Shown one piece after another: positions 12,115 through 21,304 of a DNA stretch of 33,511 nucleotides (the first letter of the stretch is position 1; every line of letters starts with the position of its first letter). Below the pieces are notes generated by a model. It was not told where the DNA came from and searched no databases. It saw only the letters and a list, made by a program, of their open reading frames with translations. Location: the NCBI GenBank assembly GCA_032718475.1, contig JAUCBJ010004096.1, positions 1-33,511 on the forward strand. Direction: 5' to 3'. A program made the position numbers and the translations under genes. This DNA is from Nemertoderma westbladi (Eukaryota; Animalia; Xenacoelomorpha).

Positions 12115-12638
12115 TATTGATTTACAATTAAAATTGCATTTTTATCAATTAATTCACACGCAGGCTCTAACCGCCTAATGACAGTCAATACGGAGTAATT
12201 CCTTCCCGTGTCTTAGCAACGCTGAGAATGTCCTGGCCTGTTAGAGGCAGACTGCTGCTGGTTGGGGATGGTAGGATAGTATTAATTCCCTATCAATTCA
12301 CTCACTCTCCATAGAACTGGCTGACGGGGGGGTGTGTGTGTGTTTAGGCATCAGTTATTCAATGACATTAATATTATTACTAATGAAGGAATAGTGCTCC
12401 TTCAATATATCTCAACAGACATCAATTCATTGCCTGTCTGTGCCTACCAACGCGTGCTCCATAACATAACAACATATATCCTTGATTTCCATCACCTCTC
12501 ACCACAATTATTATTAGTAATTAAAAGTTTCAATTCGGTTTGTCGTTCCGTTATCTGGTTATTCAGTTTTTGCATTATTAATAAATAAATGTTTTAAAAT
12601 ATATCTTACGAAATATGGTTAATAATTAAAACTTGTCG

Positions 12639-13181
12639 CTAACATTCTCACTATGGGGGTTTTAAGGAGTGCTGATTACATTTCTGATGTCAGTTTTCAC
12701 GTTTACATAAATCTAGTCTGTCTGTCTGTCGGTCATTCTGTCAGTCAGTCTGTCAAAACATAAAAGAGAATTCAAATTAACTAACATTCTCGCTATGGGG
12801 GTTTTAAGGGGTGCTGATTTCATTTCTGATGTCAGTTTTCAGGTTTATATAAATCTAGACTGTCTGTTTGTCGGTCTTTCTGTCAGTCAGTCAGTCTGTC
12901 AAAACTTAAAAAAGAATACAAACTAACTAACATTCTTGTTATGGGGGTTTTAATGGGTGCTAAGTTTATTTCAGATGTCTGTTTTCACGTTTAAAAAAAA
13001 TCTAGTCTGTCTGGCTGTCGGTCTTTCTGTCAGTCAGTCTGTGAAAACTTAAGAAAGTATACTAACTAACCAACATTCTCGCTATGGGGGTTGTTTAAGG
13101 GTTGCTGATTTCATTTCTGATGTCAGTTTACACGTTTATATAAATCTAGTCTGTCTGTCTGTCGGTCTCTCTGTCAGTCTG
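12639..13181. repeat. About 143-bp tandem repeat, 4 copies, with (GTCT)n/(GTCA)n microsatellite
   Basis: AACATTCT..TATGGGGGTT...GTGCT starts at about 12641, 12783, 12929 and 13072. Confidence 0.95.
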
Positions 13182-13357
13182 AACTACTGTACTGTGGTTG
13201 GCATTACGCCATATACCTAACACTAATAATACAGTCTACAATACAGCCTATCTACAGTACAGAATGGATTTTTTGCCACGAAGAGCAATAAATGTCATTA
13301 ATACTATCCACCAGTATACCTACTCCAAGAGCCTTCCAATAAAACATGTATTCCAGC

Positions 13358-13429
13358 ATGACGTCCACTGCACGTCTTCGTGCTGTCCATTGTGACGTGC
13401 AGTGGACGTCATAGGCTCTAAGGGGTTAA
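13358..13429. mobile_element. Perfect 19-bp inverted repeat followed by an orphan piggyBac-like right end
   Basis: ATGACGTCCACTGCACGTC (13358-13376) / GACGTGCAGTGGACGTCAT (13394-13412), then AGGCTCTAAGGGG-TTAA. Confidence 0.6.
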
Positions 13430-13479
13430 GCAACACGGTCCCTACTTCGCCCTGTCGACACCCCAGCCATTTTTCACCA

Positions 13480-13770
13480 ATCCTTTTTTAGAGTTTTTTA
13501 ATTTTTTTGGTATTGGTGAAAGTTCTACAACATTAGTATATATGTTTTTTATGATAGCTAGTGATTTTTTGCTAGCTAGTATTTTTTGAAATTATAAAAA
13601 ATGTGAAAGTCCATGATATTTCAGGTTAAACTGTTGAAGAATATATTAATGACCAAAATAATTTCCAAAAATTACTAGCTAGTAAAAAATACTAGCTATA
13701 TACCATTAAAAATCTACTAAGGTTCTAGAATATTCACTAGTATAAAAAAAGCACTCAAAATCACAAAAAA
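13480..13770. repeat. Imperfect AT-rich palindrome (MITE-like interior)
   Basis: TTTTTTGGTATTGGTGAAAGTTCTACAACATTAGTA...GCTAGCTAGTA pairs imperfectly with TACTAGCTAGT...TACTAAGGTTCTAGAATATTCACTAGTATAAAAAA. Confidence 0.6.
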
Positions 13771-14247
13771 TAAAGGTTAAAAAACTCATTAGGGACAAAA
13801 TTGTAACTATAAAACTATAAATACTATAACTATAAATATATAATAACTATAAAACTTGACATTAATCTCGAGTATAAAGTAAAGACTTTGATAGAATGGG
13901 ACACGGCGAATCTACCCATGTTAATTTTATACCAGATGGGATAAATGTTACCCCCCTAAATAATTAATTACCGATAGAAGAATCGAAATAATTCGATTCA
14001 ACCATACAATTTAGCTGAAGATATTAACTTCGATTATGGCTTCCGACATTTATGGCTACCGACACACACACACACACACACGTCACACACAGACTTTTGA
14101 GAAACGGCCATAGTATAATTATATCAGTTCGCTGACGGCTCGCCATCAGCGTAATATTCACTAGTATAAAAAAAGCACTCAAAATCACAAAAAATAAAGG
14201 TTAAAAAACTCATTCGGGACCCTTTTGCTTAAGGAGTCAAAATTGTA
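13729..14247. repeat. Direct duplication (13729-13805 and 14153-14247) flanking the right inverted-repeat arm
   Basis: AATATTCACTAGTATAAAAAAAGCACTCAAAATCACAAAAAATAAAGGTTAAAAAACTCATT.GGGAC is present twice; both copies run on to AAAATTGTA, with about 18 bp missing from the first. Confidence 0.9.
13842..14155 (-). repeat. Right arm of the inverted repeat, ending in hairpin CGCTGACGGCTCGCCATCAGCG
   Basis: Reverse complement of 11804-12114, including (CA)n at about 14062-14090. Confidence 0.85.
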
Positions 14248-15128
14248 GAACAAATTCCCGAAGTTTGCGACGTTTGCGAAATTCGCGAAGAATCCGTCAG
14301 TTTCTGTGCCCTAATGGGTTCGTGACGAAACAATCAAATCTTACACACTTAACACACGCGAACTAATTTAATGTGTGTAATAGTATGCATGAATCATTAA
14401 ATAGAAATTAAATTAATGAACGCTATTTCAACATGAAATCTACGGAATCAATACACAACACACCCACACTACTGAATTTAAAAATTTATATAGATTGCAA
14501 CTTATATTTGGCTACCTTTTAGGCCTAAATGGGTGACTAATTTAATTATTCACCCCTATATATTTGTAGCCTTTTTAATTTGTGCCTCTAATTGAATCAA
14601 ACATTAAACTAAAATATATGTCACAATATTGGTCTGTCGGTAGCTGGTCAATGAATCTCTCATAAATTTGTTAATTAGTCGCTGCTCAGTCATTGAACAT
14701 TTGAACACGTGCTGCTCGAAGACCCCACAACGTGTTTCATACCACATAATAATTATTGTGGTGTTGTGATAGCATGAATTATATTAACTGTATATTAATA
14801 GTGCATGATATATTTTATATTCGTAGGATAATTACTTTAGGATATACATAATATACTGTACGTCGTTACATATTTGATAATATTTATTACAAATAGACCA
14901 GAATTAAGAAATCGTCAGAAAGGATTTATAGACCCTCTGTCGGAATATTTCTGAAGACAAACAACTGCCCTCACAATAACGTTGCCCGGTGCCAAGTGGA
15001 CCATCTAACATATATGTAATAATTATTCCTCCACATAATTATTATATATGTTTATATTTCTAGTATTCACTCCGTTGTTGTTGTTAATTTCGTTAATTTC
15101 GATAGGTTTTGGTATTGCTGCCTTATAC

Positions 15129-15203
15129 GGCCCCAGTGGCTCAGTTTGGCAGAGCGTGGGACTTGGAATCTCTAGGTACCGAGTTCAACCCCGATTGCGG
15201 TCC
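15129..15203 (+). pseudogene. tRNA-derived sequence (SINE head or tRNA pseudogene); nominal anticodon TGG
   Basis: A box TGGCTCAGTTTGG, D arm GCTC/GAGC, anticodon loop CT-TGG-AA, B box GAGTTCAACCC and a T-run just downstream. Acceptor, anticodon and T stems all contain mismatches. Confidence 0.7.
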
Positions 15204-16742
15204 CTGGATTTTTTCCATATTCTGAATTTTGTGTATAATAACGCTTCGTCCGCATCCCCTCATAATCGTGCAATTATAATTTAGGTAATAAATATTTCGT
15301 CAATAAATTTCATTTAACGATTTATTATTTTTTTTTTTTCAAAATGAGGCATTATTGTTAATTATTTTGGTTTAACTCCCTTTAAACGATTGAGCTGTGT
15401 TACATATCACACTCACACTCAATCGTGGGAACGGGTTATGTTATGTCGTTAATCACTAACAACCCCATTACAAAAAAAAAAAATTATGAAATCATGGATA
15501 AATTAATAAACGTGAACTTAATTCTAGAACACATAAGCTTTATTACAAGTCACGATAGTACAAGTAATTTCTAAACATAACGCGTGACAAAAATAAACCC
15601 CTAGGTCTTACTGTATTATGACGGCATAGCAAACAATTGAATGCAGAATTCCGATCCTTTATTTCGGCCAAATACTAGGTAAATTCTGGAAACGACCTGC
15701 CCCTTCTTGTAAGCCACCCAGAGTACAGTAAGAGATGTCAATTATTTAGCGTGAACTTGATGTCTAACCAATGCATGATATGCTTTAATCAGTTAATGCA
15801 TCATCTTACTAAGTAAATCACGTTTAGTCACTGTAATACTAACATTACGGGAACGGTCGTGATCCATTTGTTCAAACGAACCGGTGAACTATCAAAGCAA
15901 TCGTGGTAAACCTAGTTTTCATCACTCTAATAGATAGTACTACTCACCTGATCACGAAACCATAATATTAATATTAATTTGTTTATTAACTCTTACCTCA
16001 GTATTAAGTCACACCCACATGCAAATTATCCCCATGATATTAAATATAATTAAATAATTAATTTAATTTAACCATAATTGCTATGAATGCACAAAGACTA
16101 TAATAACATTACAGTGAGCCCAGATCTGAATAAATGAATAACACTCTATTCTAAACACTACATTTGCCAAATATTAATAATAGCTGGATTTATTTACACA
16201 AATTTAACTCTTCCTTAATATTGATAGCGCGACATAATTCTTTATTGTACCGGTAATTTAATTTATTAAATGTAAATTTTAAAATTGGCTCTGTACCAAG
16301 CTATGGGTTACTCATACTCATGTTAACAACATATTTATCCAAAAGGGAAATTTATTAATTCAGTTAAACTTGAAACTATATTTTAATTAATAAATATTTT
16401 AAATAAATAAATTTATTTATCTTCTCTACAATTATATTAATATTCTGGCAAATAGCATATGAAGGGCGAAAAATATTCAAGAGTGTATGTAAAATTTAAC
16501 AATTGCACACAATAACATAAAACATCAAAATAACACTAATTTATGTGCGTTTACTGTAGCGAACCATTGTCATTGTGGGCTAATTGAAGTTACGCAACCA
16601 TATAATCAATAGATAAAGCGGATCGCCGAATAAAGACTGTCTTTGAGTTTCCCTTGCGCGCTAGTCACCGAACCTTCCCCTCTACACCATGTTCGCTGGT
16701 ACGAGATTAGTTTCGGAGACGTTAGCGCGGTCATTGGGAACT

Positions 16743-16858
16743 CGGGGCACGCGGCGGGCGAGGATTCCAGGTGGCAACTCCGCGCCGACCCGATATATAT
16801 ATAATATGATGATATAATCTGATATTATAATTACTTGATATTGATATTGCGACAATGG
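16743..16858 (+). promoter_or_regulatory. Putative promoter and start region of the exonuclease unit
   Basis: GC-rich stretch, then TATATATATAA (16794-16804) about 50 bp before an ATG in good context (ACA-ATG-G, 16855). Confidence 0.4.
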
Positions 16859-17720
16859 CTGCTTCCAAAGACAACCAAGATGATATAACTCGCCATCACC
16901 ATCAACAACTTTCTGAGATATATAATAGAGGAATGAGGGAAATGTTGGCGGATTTAGTCTCTAGTTCTGACTCCCCACGCAACACCCAGTCGTCGGACCA
17001 TAAATACTCCGAACGTATTCTGTCTCCTAATGAGATATCCGAAAGGTTGCATTACCGCGCCTTTCTCCATAAGTATACTAACAGTGATGGAACTTACAAG
17101 CCCTTCCTCACTACGGGTCATCCCTCCGACCTTGAGTATTTTGAAAATACTTACGATAGAACCGAAATGGAGATGTGGCGATATCACGTTAATCAGCAAC
17201 GTACCAATATAATGCAGATGGAACGTGAAGACTCCATACGGGATGATATCACCATAGACTCTATGGAGAACCTATCTAACGAGGTGCGCTTCGATAACCT
17301 CGTCCGACATCTCCGAGAAACATACCTCAACGTTGCCAATGCTCAGAACATTGACCGAAATTGCTAGATGCTAGATGCTAGACGCCCCAATGATGGAACC
17401 ACTCCGTGTCGACGGCGAGTTAGTCCCACCGGATAAAACTCGAGCTGACGTAATCCGGGAAGCGGTCCGCTCCACCAACATCCGGCGGCGACCTTTACAC
17501 CCACCGTTTTACGGGATCAAAAACCATCCGCTATTCGTGATGCTTCAACAGCACTACGTAATACAGCCGGAGAATCCAAACGTTGACATGCGGTTCCTTC
17601 CTTTAATAAATCCTATGGATATAACTGAACTAGAAATATTCCAACAACACCTGGATTACCTTGTTAAATTAAATTCATTTAAAAGACATCGTAACGATCG
17701 AGGCCACACCCAGACCACCG

Positions 17721-19067
17721 ATGAATCTGGCGATCTTCATGGACCACCGGAGATGGATTCATTGGAATCTTGATGTAGTTTTCGAGGAGGATGGTCTAAC
17801 TTTTGTAGACGACGCCTCCACCGACCACAAACCCATGCCCAGCTACCAGTCCATAACCATAGCGAGAGGAGAAGCTGGGTCGTTGGACGCTTTGTGGGAA
17901 CCGGTAGAGACCAGCTATGCGACGGCTCAAGCTGCATGGAGACATACTCTTGAATCCATCCGCAGTTACGGCGTCATGATATATGACAACGAGGGTAGCG
18001 TACCAGACTGGGAACTCGGCTCGGCCCGTTTGATACACGTTCGAGGCCTTACGGGAGCCACCCACGTCTTCACGCGTACATGTAAGGGTACTGACTGTGT
18101 ATTCCCTACCCTCACTCCCCCTCAGCGACGCGCTAAGCATCAACAATTCGTAAATGCTGAGGCTTACGTGCGGAGTACCAACTGCCATCCGGCCATGGGA
18201 ATTGACGCCGCGTTACTTCCGAGACCTGTCTTGGACATATTATTGGACGAATCAATATATAAAATGGGATCTGCCATTTATAGCGACCTGCAGGAGGACT
18301 TTCCCATAGTTATGGATATACCGTATCCCTTTGTCGATACACAGGTCGTCCTCCCTTGGGCTCAATCCCGCGGTTTCTTCTGCATTACATATCGCCATAA
18401 TAATACAGACCACTTCAGTCAAGTTAAACGCACGTCATCCGGCCATATTGCGTTCCAGGAATATGGCTGGAACTTTAAGGAAGGTGATCAGAATGCTTAT
18501 CATGATATATACGGAGAATCTTACTCCTCGTATTATTTTCACAGTCCATTAACCGCCCCTGGAGCAGTATACAGCTTCATGAGCGTACCTCTACGTCCCT
18601 CGCTAGCCATGTACTTGTTATATGAGAACTCTGCTCTGTCAGGATGGCTAGCCGATACCTGCAGTTGGATCCTACGAACACACCCGCTATTACTTGGAAC
18701 ACAACTTGCTAAGGTTGACGGGTCTGGTAAGTTTATTGCCTTTGAATGCTTTCGGCGGTTCTTGAAACCGTTCGCCAACATTGATAGCCAGTTCCGTGAT
18801 AAATCTGCATTAACACATAGGGAACAACGTCGCTCTGCAGCGGACGAATTGGCGACCCGTGGATTCGCCATATTTAAGGAAGTTTGTACCTCGAACCTCC
18901 ATCGGACCATTTTGGAACGGCCAATCGTATCCCCTGGGTTCTCCGTAACCGAAGTCCAAACCATAGCGCCGGACCCCACGGGAAATCTCGAGAAACCTAC
19001 TCGTTTGGAGGCCTCCCCTATCGTAGACACCCCAACGCCAGTCGTAGATGATGATACCAAACTATGA
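17721..19067 (+). CDS. DnaQ-superfamily DEDDy 3'-5' exonuclease-like protein (WRN/EXD/mut-7 type)
   Basis: ExoI-like GVMIYDNEG (D 17985, E 17991); ARLIHV strand; LPRPVLDILLDESIYKMGSAIYSDL matching the LP..L..LL.D..I.K.G..I..D ExoII pattern (D 18285); FVDTQ; ExoIII-like AMYLLYEN (Y 18612, E 18624). Confidence 0.65.
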   Translation: MNLAIFMDHRRWIHWNLDVVFEEDGLTFVDDASTDHKPMPSYQSITIARGEAGSLDALWEPVETSYATAQAAWRHTLESIRSYGVMIYDNEGSVPDWELGSARLIHVRGLTGATHVFTRTCKGTDCVFPTLTPPQRRAKHQQFVNAEAYVRSTNCHPAMGIDAALLPRPVLDILLDESIYKMGSAIYSDLQEDFPIVMDIPYPFVDTQVVLPWAQSRGFFCITYRHNNTDHFSQVKRTSSGHIAFQEYGWNFKEGDQNAYHDIYGESYSSYYFHSPLTAPGAVYSFMSVPLRPSLAMYLLYENSALSGWLADTCSWILRTHPLLLGTQLAKVDGSGKFIAFECFRRFLKPFANIDSQFRDKSALTHREQRRSAADELATRGFAIFKEVCTSNLHRTILERPIVSPGFSVTEVQTIAPDPTGNLEKPTRLEASPIVDTPTPVVDDDTKL

Positions 19068-19790
19068 GAATGGTATTGTGGTGTTGAAAAACTGACGATC
19101 CGTAAATACCGAAACTCCGTTATCCCTAAGCGAAGCAGATGCCGACATTGCGGTCTAAGGACACATAGAACTCCGACCCAGCCCGGAGCTCTGTGTGAGT
19201 ATCATACGGGATACGCCGACATTAACATATATTTCCCATATTGCCGAGACAGCGGTGACCACACATTTTTTACTTGTACCGTCTTCGTCACCCAATGTGA
19301 GCGGTGCCATTTCAAAGGACACGCCGGCCCAGACTGCCCCTTCAATGTCGATATCAACCGCGATGATGAAACAGATATCAATAAATATATTCGAGCCTGG
19401 GAGAGCTTCGCTGATTTGAACTCTGTATCATCATTGCGACACGGAACGACGAAAGTTCAGTTCGGCATATACGCGGTAAATCCATTCGCGCACGCACGCG
19501 AGGAACAGCGCGCTTGGTTGCCCAGTTATGAAATGCTTAACCGGATAGCTGCCTGTACTAACACTCGGCTTGTGCGCGCATTCCTCCGTACCCTCAATCC
19601 TGGGCGAGCGGAAAGCTACAACATAATCAGCTTCATAAAGAATGCCGAAGGATACGGCCCGGTGTTCTTAAAAGGCCACCCGGAGCTCTTAAAATGTTAC
19701 CGTGTTCCGGTTGAACATGCTCACCGTGAACGCGCAATCCTTAAGGTTTGGGTGGCGTCGCCACCCAAACCGTCTCAATCGTACCTGTAG
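19068..19790 (+). pseudogene. In-frame continuation of the exonuclease ORF with Cys/His zinc-knuckle motifs
   Basis: Manual translation after TGA 19065-19067: EWYCGVEKLTIRKYRNSVIPKRSR-CRHCGLRTHRTPTQPGALC-EYHTGYADINIY-FPYCRDSGDHTFFTC-TVFVTQ-CERCHFKGHAGPDC-PF..., joining ORF 19416..19790 without a stop. Confidence 0.8.
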
Positions 19791-21246
19791 TTGGTGCCGA
19801 TATCCCAAAGCGACCGGATCCTCCAACATTACTGAGGATATCCGAACCAGAACCCTCGCCTGGTACATCTATCAGAACCGATAACGCCGATACCTTATCG
19901 TCCGATATTGTCGACATACATCCGGCTCCCGACGAAACTCTCATGGAAGTCGTCCTCGACTCCATCCATCCTCCAGCCGACACTCAAACGCATATACATA
20001 GTCATATAAAACGAAGAAAACGACCATTTATGAAAGGGACCAAAAAAAAAAAAATAGGCCTACCCTACTGCCCTACACTAAGAAGAAGTAGGCATAACTT
20101 CAAACTAGGAATAAGCCTATTCGATATTGGACTCGTGTAGCTTGTCCGAGCTGATAAAATTACCGACAGTCCTACTTGCATGCCTCTGTAACTGTGTAAA
20201 TGCGAGCAATAATTAAAATTTTATATTACCATACTGTACTTACGAACTACTGAACTACGATGTAACAACATTGATTTTAAGACTGCAATACTGGTACCAG
20301 TACCTTTGTTTTATGCCTGTATGCCGGCCTTCAAACTGTTTGTAAAATATTTAGGACTGTCAGACTTTATTTGACTTGGTCTTGTAGTTGTAGATTTGTA
20401 TCTCAATATGCAGATATGTACCGGTACCGTACCAGCAGGAGCAGTAGCAGTATTTGTATGTCCATTACTGCAGCAGCCTACGGGTGTACTCGTACTGACA
20501 ACTGATACCTGCAAACTGGTCAGCCGGTACGAACTACAGAACTGCATTGATAATCTAGTAATTGCTTGTTTGTTTTATATTCATATAGGCCTATTCGTCC
20601 ATTGCTTGTACTTACTGCATTGTACACGTTTGTGGGGCCTTCGCGCAGCATGAGGCTCAGTTATGAGATACAAATTGAAATTGAGCGATTATATCAGCGA
20701 TGCCAAGAAATTCGCGTTCAAACATTTACCAGACAGACAGATGGACATGCCCCATTTCACTTGCCCTATATGAACTGCATTCTAAGGCTCGCTGACTGTG
20801 TCTCGCCCCACATTCAGACATTGATAATAATTGTGTAGTAGTCCTATCGGTTATTTTAGGGAACGGTTTTGATGCAGCTCCACAAGCCCCAAAATCTATG
20901 TAACGCTAGTGTTACTGTATAATATGTGTTGTGTACAGCAATATAGCTATTCAGATACACGGCTAGCCCCACTACTTATTCGTGCTGGTAAATCTGATAT
21001 TTGTATTTAGTCTGCCTATTTCTCCTATTGGTCGGCTCAGAAAGTCTGCACTCAGCTTACAGATAGCGAGTAGTGTTGCTTTCTTGTTTGTGGGTCCTCA
21101 TTGGCTACTACTACCAGTGGCCGTCCTTCTGTGACAATTGTATTTATAGTTTAGATTTAGTTCATTTTGTAGGCGTAACCTTCATATTATTACCCTCAAA
21201 CCCCGTAAATAGACCTCATAAGATCTAAGAGGTCTAGACTATTACC

Positions 21247-21304
21247 TTACTTTCACTTACTTTCACTTACTTTCACTTACTTTTCACTTACTTTCACTTA
21301 CTTA
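21247..21304. repeat. (TTACTTTCAC)x5 decamer repeat preceded by a hairpin
   Basis: Direct reading; TAGACCTC/GAGGTCTA stem at about 21210-21236. Confidence 0.9.

Larger units (their letters stand above)
16855..20140 (+). pseudogene. Disrupted, apparently intronless unit: unknown N-terminus, DEDDy 3'-5' exonuclease-like domain, triple zinc knuckle and basic low-complexity tail
   Basis: Same-strand ORFs abut or overlap with no real gaps (16855-17367, 17375-17773, 17721-19067, in-frame continuation 19068-19790, 19748-20140). GC is visibly higher than in the flanks; ATTAAA at about 20212. Confidence 0.65.

Noticed and set aside
15129-15203. Functional tRNA-Pro(TGG)
   Set aside because: Multiple stem mismatches and irregular arm spacing; treated as a pseudogene or SINE head.
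16720-16792. Minus-strand TCCTCGC suggesting an HDV-like ribozyme L3 loop
   Set aside because: The flanking bases (GAA/CCG) cannot form P3; the nested pseudoknot could not be built by eye.
18539-19060. 173-aa antisense ORF, and similar antisense or alternative-frame ORFs over BEL pol and the CRE ORF
   Set aside because: No motifs; these are expected shadows of GC-richer coding sequence.
19065-19067. TGA as selenocysteine
   Set aside because: Not at an evident catalytic Cys position, and no SECIS element could be identified.
19092-19116. CTGACGA...GAAAC, resembling a hammerhead ribozyme core
   Set aside because: The intervening bases cannot form stem II, and the site lies within the coding frame.
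20311-20838. Short ORFs downstream of the exonuclease unit
   Set aside because: No motifs, partly simple repeats, and beyond the putative poly(A) signal.
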